A stretch of DNA of 25,346 bases from Luteimonas sp. (GTDB lineage: Bacteria; Pseudomonadota; Gammaproteobacteria; Xanthomonadales; Xanthomonadaceae): the NCBI GenBank assembly GCA_043737255.1, contig JAYTAY010000001.1:1-25346 (forward strand), written 5' to 3'. The position numbers and the translations under genes were made by a program. The notes below the pieces were generated by a model that saw nothing but the letters and a program-made list of their open reading frames with translations, ran no database searches and had not been told where the DNA came from. This document shows positions 11,856 to 20,825 of the stretch, piece after piece. How positions within the stretch are numbered: the first letter of the stretch is position 1; every line of letters begins with the position of its first letter.

Positions 11856-11935
11856 GCGGTGACCTCTGCACCAACGTACTGTATGCAAGCCGAAATGCTT
11901 TCAGCCGTCATTCCCGCGCTTAGCTTGCACTTCAT
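11852..11935 (-). CDS. Putative 27-aa bridging ORF (MKCKLSAGMTAESISACIQYVGAEVTA)
   Basis: Its ATG overlaps the flavoprotein stop (ATGA), 4 nt after GGGAGG. Its TGA overlaps the alpha ATG. Translation is not demonstrated. Confidence 0.45.
   Translation of the reverse strand: MKCKLSAGMTAESISACIQYVGAEVTA
11905..11918. repeat. Truncated CGTC-family REP fragment
   Basis: CCGTCATTCCCGCG resembles the start of the CGTC REP arm seen at 930-957 (inverted). Confidence 0.55.
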
Positions 11936-13770
11936 GCCGCCTCCCTTGCCCGTTTGTTGCGGCATCCAGCGCCCGCATAAGTCTCCAGCAACAAGAACTT
12001 CTGCATGTCCCACGCCCCGGTCGGGCACCGCTCGGCGCACAGGCTGCAATGCAGGCACACATCCTCGTCCTTCACCATCACCCGCATCGTCTTCAGCGGT
12101 TCGGACACATACAGCGCCTGCTCAACATTCAGCGCCGGCGCGGTCAGCCGCGTGCGCAACTCGTCCTCCTCAGCATTCATGGTGAAAGTAATGCAGTCGG
12201 TCGGGCAGATATCCACGCAGGCATCGCATTCGATGCATTTGTCTTTCGTAAACACGGTCTGCACGTCGCAGTTCAGGCATCGCTGTGTTTCCTTCAGCGC
12301 CGTCTGCGCGTCGAAGCCCAACTCCACTTCGACATGCATGCTGTCGAGTTTCTTCGCCGCTTCCGACCACGGCACCAGATAACGCTCGTCGGGTGAGATG
12401 GCGTTGTTGTAGCTCCATTCGTGAATGCCCATCTTCTGCGACTGCAACTGCACCATCGGCTCGGGACGCTCGCGCGTGTCCTCGCCCTGCAGCAGCTTGT
12501 CGATCGAGATCGCCGCCGCATGGCCGTGCGCGACCGCCCAGATGATGTTCTTCGGGCCGAACGCGGCATCGCCGCCGAACAGCACGTGCGGCAGCGACGA
12601 CTGGAACGTCACCTTGTCGACCACCGGCATGCCCCACTCGTCGAAGTCGATGCCGGTGTCGCGTTCGATCCACGGGAACGCGTTCTCCTGGCCGACCGCG
12701 ATCAGCACCTCGTCGCAGGCATGGAATTCGTCGGGTTCACCGGTCGGCACCAGCTTGCGCCGGCCGGTGTCGTCGTATTCGGCGCGCACGCGTTCGAAGG
12801 TCATGCCGGTCAGGCGACCGCTCGCATGCACGAACGTTTTCGGCACGCGGTAGTCGAGGATCGGGATGCCTTCGTGTTGCGCATCCTCTTTTTCCCACGG
12901 GCTGGCCTTCATTTCGTCAAAGCCGGAACGCACCAGCACCTTGACGTCGGTGCCGCCAAGGCGACGCGCGCTGCGGCAGCAGTCCATCGCGGTGTTGCCG
13001 CCGCCGAGCACCAGCACGCGCTTGCCGACCGCGGTGACATGGCCGAAATAGACGGATGAGAGCCAATCAAGGCCAACGTGGATATTGGCCGCGCCCTCCT
13101 TGCGTCCGGGCAGTTCGAGATCACGCCCGCGCGGCGCACCGCTGCCGACGAAGACCGCGTCATAGTTTTTCGCCAGCATCGCGCGCATCGAGTCGATGCG
13201 ATGGTTGCCGATGAACTCGACGCCGAGATCGAGGATGTAATCCGTTTCCTCATCGATGACTTCCTCGGGCAAACGGAAGCGCGGCACCTGCGTGCGCATG
13301 AAGCCGCCGGCTTTCGGATCGGCTTCAAAGACGGTGACGTGGTAGCCGATCGGCGCCAGATCGCGCGCGACGGTCAGCGACGAGGGACCCGCGCCGATGC
13401 AGGCGATGCGTTTGCCGTTGTGCGTGGCCGCGGGCTTGGGCATGCGTGCGCGCACGTCGCCCTTGTGGTCGGCGGCGACGCGTTTGAGACGGCAGATCGC
13501 GACCGGTTCCGGTTTCTCGCTCATCGAAGCGGGGCCGTTGTTCTCCTCGACACGCCCCCGCCGGCATGCCGGTTCACAGGGACGATCGCAGGTGCGGCCG
13601 AGGATTCCGGGAAACACGTTGGAGTGCCAGTTGACCATGTACGCATCGGCGTAACGGCCATCGGCGATCAGGCGGATGTACTCGGGCACCGGCGTGTGCG
13701 CCGGGCAGGCCCACTGGCAGTCGACGACCTTGTGGAAGACGTCGGGATTGCGAATATCGGTAGGCTTCAA
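11932..13770 (-). CDS. GltD-like FAD/NADPH oxidoreductase with a C-terminal 2x[4Fe-4S] ferredoxin domain (KorC-like)
   Basis: CQWACPAH and CDRPCEPACRR Fe-S motifs, GAGPSS (FAD), GGGNTAMDC (NADPH), and C-terminal CIECDACVDICP and CLHCSLCAERCP. TTG start after GGAG. Confidence 0.9.
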   Translation of the reverse strand: MKPTDIRNPDVFHKVVDCQWACPAHTPVPEYIRLIADGRYADAYMVNWHSNVFPGILGRTCDRPCEPACRRGRVEENNGPASMSEKPEPVAICRLKRVAADHKGDVRARMPKPAATHNGKRIACIGAGPSSLTVARDLAPIGYHVTVFEADPKAGGFMRTQVPRFRLPEEVIDEETDYILDLGVEFIGNHRIDSMRAMLAKNYDAVFVGSGAPRGRDLELPGRKEGAANIHVGLDWLSSVYFGHVTAVGKRVLVLGGGNTAMDCCRSARRLGGTDVKVLVRSGFDEMKASPWEKEDAQHEGIPILDYRVPKTFVHASGRLTGMTFERVRAEYDDTGRRKLVPTGEPDEFHACDEVLIAVGQENAFPWIERDTGIDFDEWGMPVVDKVTFQSSLPHVLFGGDAAFGPKNIIWAVAHGHAAAISIDKLLQGEDTRERPEPMVQLQSQKMGIHEWSYNNAISPDERYLVPWSEAAKKLDSMHVEVELGFDAQTALKETQRCLNCDVQTVFTKDKCIECDACVDICPTDCITFTMNAEEDELRTRLTAPALNVEQALYVSEPLKTMRVMVKDEDVCLHCSLCAERCPTGAWDMQKFLLLETYAGAGCRNKRAREAA

Positions 13771-13875
13771 CGCTGCACTCCGGTCGGATGCCGTCGCTGC
13801 TGCTGGCCGGACGCGCCGGTCGTCGCTTGCATCCCGAGTCTATGCCGGCTGCTCGCCGGCGTCATGCATCCCGGC

Positions 13876-15498
13876 CTATTCCGCGGGTGCCAGCACCACA
13901 CAGTCGCGTTGCAGTCGCTTGGCTTCATACAGCGCGGTGTCCGCGCGCTGCAGCAGGCGCTCCGTGGTACCGCTTGTCGCCGGCGTGCAGGTCGCCACGC
14001 CGATGCTGGCGGTCACCCGCGATACGTGCGTGTGCGGGAAGACCAGGTCTGCCACGATCGCGCGCAGCTGCTCGGCAACCGTCCGTGCCTGCTCGTCATT
14101 CAGACCGGGCAGCACCGCAACGAACTCCTCGCCGCCGTAGCGGGCCACTTCAGCGCCATGCGCTGCCAATGCGGCTTCCAGGGCCGATGCCGTCCGTCGC
14201 AGGCAATCGTCGCCGGCCAGATGACCGAAGGTATCGTTGTACGTCTTGAAATGGTCAAGATCGATCAACAACAGTGCCAAATCGTCACCGTTGGCGAACG
14301 CCTCCCACCACAGTTTTTCCAGTTGTGCATCGAAGCGGCGCCGGTTGGCAACGCCGGTCAGGCCGTCGCGCTGGCTCAACCGCTCCAAGGCCAGGTTGGC
14401 ATGGCGCAGCTGATCGTTCGCCGTCTCCAGTTCTGATGACCGTTGCTCAAGCAGCTGGTTGACCTCGGCCAGGCGGCGCGCGGCAATGGCCAGATGGATG
14501 GCGCCGGCCACATGGGTCGCCAACGCCTCCAGCATGGTGCGGTTGTGCGCATCGAAGGAGTCGGCTCCACCGCTTTCCATGTTGAGTACGCCCAACAGGC
14601 GATCGTGTACGCGGATCGGCAAGGCGAGTTCGCTTATCACCTGCGGATCGTTCATCAGGTAATCGGGATCGGAAGCCACGTCAGGCACGTATTGCGCTTG
14701 GCCAGTGCGGTACGCGCGCAAGGCGATGCCCCGATCCTGCGGCCACTTGCCGGCCGGCAGCACTGCCGGATTCACATGGCCCGCATGGGCGCGCATGACG
14801 AGGTCGCCCTCGGCATTGGCCAGCACGATCGCGCAATTCTCCAGTTGGAAACGCCCGCGGATGAATCCGGTGATGCGATCCAGCGCCTGATCGAAGTTGC
14901 CGGCCTCGAATGCGTTGCGCGAAAGCTCGCTCATCATCGCCAGCAGCTCGACGCGGCGACTCAGCTCTTCATGCAGGCGCGCCGCGGCCAACGCCGCTGC
15001 AATCTGCTCGGCAACCGTTTCCAGCAGCGCGCGCTGACCACGGAATGCACCTGGCATTCGGCTTTCGACATTGAGGACGGCCAGCACACGTCCGTTGTGC
15101 TTGACCGGCACGCACAACTCGGATCTCGCGCCAGGCAGGGTATCGACGAAGTTCGCCCATGTCGCTACATCATCGATCTCAATGGTGGCACCGCTCCGTG
15201 CCACCTCGCCTACCACTCCTGAGCCGATTTCGCGGCTGTATCCGACGTGCATTTCGGTCGGTAGTACCGAATGCAGCGCTTCGCAAACGAAGCGTCGCCC
15301 ACGCAGATCGACACTGGCGCAGGCGATGAATTCCCAGCCGAAGTATTGGTGCAGCGAATCGACGATGTGCTGCAGCATCGGTCGCAGTTCCATCTCCGCG
15401 CTCGCCAGCCGCGCGATGCTGTTAAGCACGGGCAGCACACTGGCGTTCTCAAGCCCGCTATCGGAGATCGGGGTGACAGGTTCGGGGTCGGGCCGCAT
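13876..15498 (-). CDS. GAF-GAF-GGDEF diguanylate cyclase (cytoplasmic; start uncertain)
   Basis: Two GAF-like repeats (SELCVPVKHNGRVLAVLNVES; SELALPIRVHDRLLGVLNMES), a coiled-coil linker, RDGLTGVANRR, DLDHFKTYNDTFGH and ARYGGEEF. No TM helix. The start could also be 15570. Confidence 0.88.
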   Translation of the reverse strand: MRPDPEPVTPISDSGLENASVLPVLNSIARLASAEMELRPMLQHIVDSLHQYFGWEFIACASVDLRGRRFVCEALHSVLPTEMHVGYSREIGSGVVGEVARSGATIEIDDVATWANFVDTLPGARSELCVPVKHNGRVLAVLNVESRMPGAFRGQRALLETVAEQIAAALAAARLHEELSRRVELLAMMSELSRNAFEAGNFDQALDRITGFIRGRFQLENCAIVLANAEGDLVMRAHAGHVNPAVLPAGKWPQDRGIALRAYRTGQAQYVPDVASDPDYLMNDPQVISELALPIRVHDRLLGVLNMESGGADSFDAHNRTMLEALATHVAGAIHLAIAARRLAEVNQLLEQRSSELETANDQLRHANLALERLSQRDGLTGVANRRRFDAQLEKLWWEAFANGDDLALLLIDLDHFKTYNDTFGHLAGDDCLRRTASALEAALAAHGAEVARYGGEEFVAVLPGLNDEQARTVAEQLRAIVADLVFPHTHVSRVTASIGVATCTPATSGTTERLLQRADTALYEAKRLQRDCVVLAPAE

Positions 15499-15580
15499 CG
15501 GTCTGCTCGCTAGCCGGTGCGGACAGTCTAGCGCTCGCCAAGGGAGGAGTCCCGCGGCGCGGTCGTCCATTCGGGGAGGG

Positions 15581-18500
15581 TCAGTCCGCGCGCGCTTCGT
15601 CCGCCGTGACCTTGAACCATGCCGCATACAACGCCGGCAGGAACAGCAACGTCAATCCGGTCGCAACCGTGAGGCCGCCCATGATCGCCACCGCCATCGG
15701 CCCAAAGAACGCCGAGCGCGACAACGGGATCATCGCCAGTACCGCGGCAAGCGCCGTCAGCACGATCGGACGAAAGCGGCGCACGGTGGCTTCGATGATC
15801 GCGTGCCAGCGGTCGTGGCCGGCGGCGATGTCCTGGTCGATCTGGTCAACAAGAATGACCGAATTGCGCATGATCATGCCGGCCAGCGCGATCGTGCCGA
15901 GCAGCGCCACGAAGCCGAATGGCACCCGGAACACCAGCAGGAACAAGGCCGCGCCGATGATGCCCAGCGGCGCAGTCATCAGCACCATCGTCGTGCGCGA
16001 GAAGCTGCGCAGCTGCAGCATCAGCAACGTGATCACCACGAACAGGAACAACGGCAGGCCGGCGGAAATCGAGTTCTGGCCACGCGCCGAATCCTCGACG
16101 CTGCCGCCGATCGCCACCGAATAACCGTACGACAATCCGGTACGGATATCGTCAAGCGTCGGCGAAATCTGCGCCATCACGGTGTCGGGCTGCGTGCCGT
16201 CGTAGATGTCGGCGCGTACGGTGATCGTCGGAAGTCGATCGCGATGCCAGATGATGCCGTCCTCGAACACGTATTCGAGATTTGCGATCTGCGCAAGCGG
16301 CACCGATTTTCCGCTGCTGGTCGGTACCGCCAGGCTTGACAGGAGGGCGAGCTGCGAGCGTTCATCGGCCGGGCCGCGCAACAGCATCTCGACCAACTCA
16401 TTGCCTTCGCGATACGTGCTGACATGCGTGCCCGACAGCGAGCCGGTCAGGAACTGCGCAAGCTGCACGGAACTGATGCCTAGTGCGCGAGCGCGTTGCT
16501 GGTCGATCTTCAAACGCACCACCTTGCTCGGTTCGTCCCAGTCGAGGTTGACGTTGGCGGTGTGCGGATTGGCGCGCAATTTGTCGGCGACCTGCGTTGC
16601 AATGGCGCGGACGCGTTCGATGTGTTCTCCGGCAACGCGGAACTGCACCGGATAACCGACGGGTGGGCCGTTTTCCAGCCGCGTCACACGCAGCTGCAAG
16701 TCTGGGAATTTCGGGATGACCTCATCGATGAGCCAGGTGCGTACCGTTTCGCGCGCTTCGATATCGGCTGGCAACAACACGAACTGGGCGAAGTTGGCCG
16801 CGGGCAATTGCTGGTCCAGCGGCAGGTAGAACCGCGGCGATCCGGTGCCGACGTAGGCCACGTAATTGGCAAGGTCCTTGCGCTGTTGCAGCATGGTTTC
16901 GAGTTTCTTCACCTGCGCCTCGGTGGCGCGCAATGAACTGCCTTCGGCCAGTTCCATGTCGACCATCAGTTCCGGCCGTACCGAATCGGGGAAGAATTGT
17001 TTGGGGATGAAGCGGAACATCACGACAGACAACGCGAACACCGCGACGGTGACACCGATCACCAGCCAGCGATGCGACAGGCACCAGTCGAGTACGCCAC
17101 GGAAACGGCTGTAGAAAGGGGTGGCGTACGGATCGTGCAGGTTCGGATCGTGCGGCGCTGCGCTATACGAAGATCTCGGCGCCAGTACGCCGGCCAATTT
17201 CGGATTGCGATCGGCGAGCCGCTGGCGGAAACCATGCCAGCGCGCCTTCAATGATCCTGGGCGCGGCGGATTGCCGGCAACAGCGGGATCGGGCAACAAC
17301 TTGTCGCCGAGCCACGGGACGAACATCACCGCGGCAATCCACGACATGATCAATGCGATCGTGACCACCTGGAACAACGAGCGCGTGTACTCTCCTGTGC
17401 TCGAAGCCGCGGTTGCGATCGGCAGGAATCCCGCGGCCGTGATCAAGGTGCCGGTCAACATCGGGAACGCGGTGCTGTCCCACGCGAACGCGGCGGCCTT
17501 GAGCCGATCAAAGCCCTGTTCCATCTTGATCGCCATCATCTCGACCGCAATGATCGCGTCGTCCACCAGCAGCCCAAGCGCGAGCACCAGCGCGCCCAGC
17601 GAAATCTTGTGCAGGCCGATGCCGAAGTAACGCATCCCCGCAAACGTCATCGCCAGCACCAACGGAATCGTGATCGCGACGACGAACCCGGTGCGGAAAC
17701 CGAGCGAGAAGAAACTCACCAGCAGCACGATGAGCACCGCTTCACCGAGCACGCGCACGAACTCGCCGACCGATTCATCGACTGCTGCCGGTTGATCGGC
17801 AACCTTGCGCAATTCCATGCCGGCGGGGAGGCTGTTTTGCAGGCTGCCGAATTCGTATTCCAGTGTCTTGCCCAGACGCAGGATGTCGCCACCCTGCTTC
17901 ATCGCGACACCGATCCCGATGGCGTCCTCGCCGACAAAGCGCATGCGCGGCGCGGCCGGATCGCTGAAGCCGCGATGGACGCTGGCGACGTCGCCCAGAC
18001 GGATCGTGCGGTCACCTGCACGGATCGGGAAATCGCGGATCGCACCGACCGATTCGAATGCGCCATCCACGCGCAGCTGCACGCGATCGCTCGCAGTCTC
18101 GAAGAAGCCGGCGGCCGTCACCGCATTCTGCTGCTCCAGCGCCTCCTTCACCGCGGCGAGTGGGATGCCGAACGTGGCCAGCTTGGTGTTGCTGACCTCG
18201 ATCCAGACCTTTTCGTCCTGCAAGCCAATCAACTCGATCTTGCCGACATCCGGCACGCGTTGCAGCGCCAGTTGCGCGCGCTCGGCGTAATCCTTGAGCA
18301 CGGCATAGTCGAAACCCTTGCCGGTCAACGCATAGATGTTGCCGTAGGTGTCGCCGAATTCATCGTTGAAGAATGGCCCGACCACGCCCTCGGGCAGCAT
18401 CGGCCGGACGTCGCCGATCTTCTTGCGTACCTGGTACCAGAGCGCGGGAATGTCCTGTGAGTCCACCGAGTCGCGCGCCGCGAAGATGATCTGCGACTCA

Positions 18501-18769
18501 CCGGGACGCGAGTACGAACGGATGAACTGGTATTCGCCGGTTTCCATCAACTTTTTTTCGAGGCGTTCGGTGACCTGCCCGGCCACTTCGTCCGCGCTCG
18601 CGCCCGGCCACAACGTGCGCACCACCATTACCTTGAAGGTAAAGGCTGGGTCCTCACTGCGGCCAAGGCTCCGGTACGACCAGATGCCCGCAATGGCCAT
18701 CACCAGCATCGCGTAGATGACCAGGCTGCGATGGCGCAGCGCCCATTCCGACAGATTGAATTTGGCCAT
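15581..18769 (-). CDS. RND efflux permease, MexK/SmeP-like
   Basis: 1062 aa. N-terminus FNLSEWAL...EDPAFTFKVMVVRTLWPGAS, proton-relay LLVDDAII, and MIMRNSVILVDQI...RRFRPIVLTA. It closely resembles P. aeruginosa MexK as I recall it. Confidence 0.93.
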   Translation of the reverse strand: MAKFNLSEWALRHRSLVIYAMLVMAIAGIWSYRSLGRSEDPAFTFKVMVVRTLWPGASADEVAGQVTERLEKKLMETGEYQFIRSYSRPGESQIIFAARDSVDSQDIPALWYQVRKKIGDVRPMLPEGVVGPFFNDEFGDTYGNIYALTGKGFDYAVLKDYAERAQLALQRVPDVGKIELIGLQDEKVWIEVSNTKLATFGIPLAAVKEALEQQNAVTAAGFFETASDRVQLRVDGAFESVGAIRDFPIRAGDRTIRLGDVASVHRGFSDPAAPRMRFVGEDAIGIGVAMKQGGDILRLGKTLEYEFGSLQNSLPAGMELRKVADQPAAVDESVGEFVRVLGEAVLIVLLVSFFSLGFRTGFVVAITIPLVLAMTFAGMRYFGIGLHKISLGALVLALGLLVDDAIIAVEMMAIKMEQGFDRLKAAAFAWDSTAFPMLTGTLITAAGFLPIATAASSTGEYTRSLFQVVTIALIMSWIAAVMFVPWLGDKLLPDPAVAGNPPRPGSLKARWHGFRQRLADRNPKLAGVLAPRSSYSAAPHDPNLHDPYATPFYSRFRGVLDWCLSHRWLVIGVTVAVFALSVVMFRFIPKQFFPDSVRPELMVDMELAEGSSLRATEAQVKKLETMLQQRKDLANYVAYVGTGSPRFYLPLDQQLPAANFAQFVLLPADIEARETVRTWLIDEVIPKFPDLQLRVTRLENGPPVGYPVQFRVAGEHIERVRAIATQVADKLRANPHTANVNLDWDEPSKVVRLKIDQQRARALGISSVQLAQFLTGSLSGTHVSTYREGNELVEMLLRGPADERSQLALLSSLAVPTSSGKSVPLAQIANLEYVFEDGIIWHRDRLPTITVRADIYDGTQPDTVMAQISPTLDDIRTGLSYGYSVAIGGSVEDSARGQNSISAGLPLFLFVVITLLMLQLRSFSRTTMVLMTAPLGIIGAALFLLVFRVPFGFVALLGTIALAGMIMRNSVILVDQIDQDIAAGHDRWHAIIEATVRRFRPIVLTALAAVLAMIPLSRSAFFGPMAVAIMGGLTVATGLTLLFLPALYAAWFKVTADEARAD

Positions 18770-18775
18770 GACGAC

Positions 18776-19960
18776 TTACTTCGCGGTCGTTGTCATAGCG
18801 GTCTTTGCCGAAGCCGCAGGCAGGACCGGACGATTGTCACGATCCACCGGTGCAACGGTTTGTGCTTCGCGCAACAAATGGCCACCGGCCGCGACGATCC
18901 ATGCATCCGCCTCGACGCCATCAAGGACCGGCACCCGGTCTTCGCCGTAGGTACCGAGCCTGACCGGCGTCAGATGCACCTTGCGCGTGCCGGCATCGAC
19001 GACCCACAACGCCGCGCCATTGGTCCCGCGCTGCAAGGCCGACAACGGCACGCTTAATGCGGCTGCACTTTCGCCATTGCGGTCTGCGTTGCCGCGGTAG
19101 TTATCAACACGGCCGTTATCCAGAATGTAAACGCGCGCACTCTGCCCAAGTTCGACCGCCTGCACGGCGTCGCCCCGCAACGCAACGCGCGCCGCATAGG
19201 TGCGCGACTGCGGATCGGCGGCAGGGGAGATCTCGCGAATCGTGCCAGGCATGCGCTGACCTTGCGCACTCCACAGTTCGACCAGCACCTGCTGGCCCAC
19301 GCTGAAATCGCGGATGCGCGACTCGGGCAATGCGATCGCCACGTCGCGCCCGTTATCGCCAGCCAGCGTGAAGACGGCCTGCCCTGCCGCGACCACCTGC
19401 CCGGCTTCAACTTCCCGCTTCACGATGACGCCGTCGCGTGGTGCGCGCAATTGCGAATAGGCGGCTTGGTTGCTGGCGACATCGAGTTGCGCGCGTGCGG
19501 CCCTGGCCTGAGCGAGGGCTGCCAGATATGCCGCATTGGCGCCGTCATAGGACGAGCGGCTGACCAGTTGCTGGTCGGCCAGCTTGGCGAAACGCGCGCG
19601 ATCGGCGCTGGTGCGATTGAGCTCGGCGTTGGCCGCGGACAATTGTGCCTGCGCGGCCTGCGCCTGCAGTCGCAGATCGCCGGGGTCGAGCTCCGCGAGG
19701 GCCTGGCCCCGTCTGACCCGATCGCCGATGTCGACATCGCGGCGGACCAGATTGCCGCCCACCCGGAATGACAGCGTGGCCTCTTCGCGGGCACGTATTT
19801 CGCCGGCGTAGGCGGTCAGGGCGACATCGGTGCCACCGGTCGGTCGGACCACGAGTACAGGACGTGGTGCCTCGACGGGATTGTCGTCCTTGCCGCAAGC
19901 CGCCAGAAACGCGGCGATACACAATGCCAACCCGAGTCCGCGCAGTCGCATGATGGTCAC
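18776..19960 (-). CDS. RND periplasmic adaptor (MFP), MexJ/SmeO-like lipoprotein
   Basis: Lipobox LAAC, lipoyl halves (LSFRVGGNL; LRAPRDGVI...GQVVAAGQ) and an alpha-hairpin. GTG start after GAGG. Confidence 0.92.
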   Translation of the reverse strand: MTIMRLRGLGLALCIAAFLAACGKDDNPVEAPRPVLVVRPTGGTDVALTAYAGEIRAREEATLSFRVGGNLVRRDVDIGDRVRRGQALAELDPGDLRLQAQAAQAQLSAANAELNRTSADRARFAKLADQQLVSRSSYDGANAAYLAALAQARAARAQLDVASNQAAYSQLRAPRDGVIVKREVEAGQVVAAGQAVFTLAGDNGRDVAIALPESRIRDFSVGQQVLVELWSAQGQRMPGTIREISPAADPQSRTYAARVALRGDAVQAVELGQSARVYILDNGRVDNYRGNADRNGESAAALSVPLSALQRGTNGAALWVVDAGTRKVHLTPVRLGTYGEDRVPVLDGVEADAWIVAAGGHLLREAQTVAPVDRDNRPVLPAASAKTAMTTTAK

Positions 19961-20002
19961 GTTGCCTCATCGTCAATTAATGAACTTGGCGGTATCGTAT
20001 AA

Positions 20003-20026
20003 ATAACAAACCGATTAGTCTAGTAT
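20003..20026. promoter_or_regulatory. Candidate TetR operator in the divergent promoter region
   Basis: Imperfect IR ATAACAAACC-gatt-AGTCTAGTAT (6/10 arm identity) in an AT-rich 72-bp gap between the divergent MFP and TetR genes. Confidence 0.45.
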
Positions 20027-20032
20027 TGATTC

Positions 20033-20698
20033 ATGTCCAAGCCTGACGCCCCTGCTGCCTCAGCCTCGCTGCCTGCCAAGGTTGCCAGTCCGGGCCGCCC
20101 CAAGGACATGAACAAGCGCGCGTCGATCCTGGATGCGGCCAAGAAGATGTTCACCCAGCACGGGTTTGACGGCGTCAGCATGGATCAGATCGCGGCTGAG
20201 GCCGGCGTCTCCAAGCTCACTGTCTACAGTCATTTCGGCGACAAGGACGCGTTGTTCTTCGAAGCCGTGCGCGCCAAATGCGAGGAACTGCTGCCGCCGG
20301 AACTGTTCATGGCGGACCTCCTCCAAGACCCGCTGCGCGCGCAACTCACCGGCATCGCGCGCGCATTCTTCGCGCTGATCACCAGCGATGAAGCGCTGTC
20401 GATGCACCGGATGATGCTGACCCAGTCCAGTGACCTGCATGTGCGCGAGATGTTCTGGAAGGCCGGGCCGCAACGCGTGCAAGATGCGTTCGCCGCGTTC
20501 GTGCAGGCACGCGCCAATGCTGGTGAACTGGTGGTGCCCGATATCCGCCGCGCCGCCTCGCAATTCTTTTGCCTGTTGAAGGGCGAGTTGCACATGCGCA
20601 TGGCCAGCGGCTTGTGCTGCGCACCGAACGAGTGCGATCTCGATGCCCACATCAATGCCACCGTCGACCTGTTCCTGCGCGCCCATGCACCGCGTTGA
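20033..20698 (+). CDS. TetR/AcrR-family regulator, MexL/SmeRo-like
   Basis: HTH GRPKD...SMDQIAAEAGVSKLTVYSHFGDKDALF. Divergent from the RND pump genes. Confidence 0.93.
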   Translation: MSKPDAPAASASLPAKVASPGRPKDMNKRASILDAAKKMFTQHGFDGVSMDQIAAEAGVSKLTVYSHFGDKDALFFEAVRAKCEELLPPELFMADLLQDPLRAQLTGIARAFFALITSDEALSMHRMMLTQSSDLHVREMFWKAGPQRVQDAFAAFVQARANAGELVVPDIRRAASQFFCLLKGELHMRMASGLCCAPNECDLDAHINATVDLFLRAHAPR

Positions 20699-20825
20699 GA
20701 CCAATGACGCCGCCAGTCTCGGTGACTTCTGGCACTCAGTCGTGCAACGGCCGCGGGCGATCCTGTCTCTACGGCATGCAACGACCGCCCGTTAAACTTG
20801 CGCGCTGACCACACCAACAATCACG

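Noticed and set aside
13767-13865. 32-aa ORF whose TGA overlaps the flavoprotein TTG (possible third relay)
   Set aside because: Its ATG does not overlap the DGC stop (10-nt gap), the flavoprotein has its own GGAG SD, and 32 open codons at this GC content is unremarkable.
13771-13875. FNR/Anr box (TTGAT-N4-ATCAA) expected upstream of the oxidoreductase or hppA
   Set aside because: I found no convincing match by eye upstream of either.
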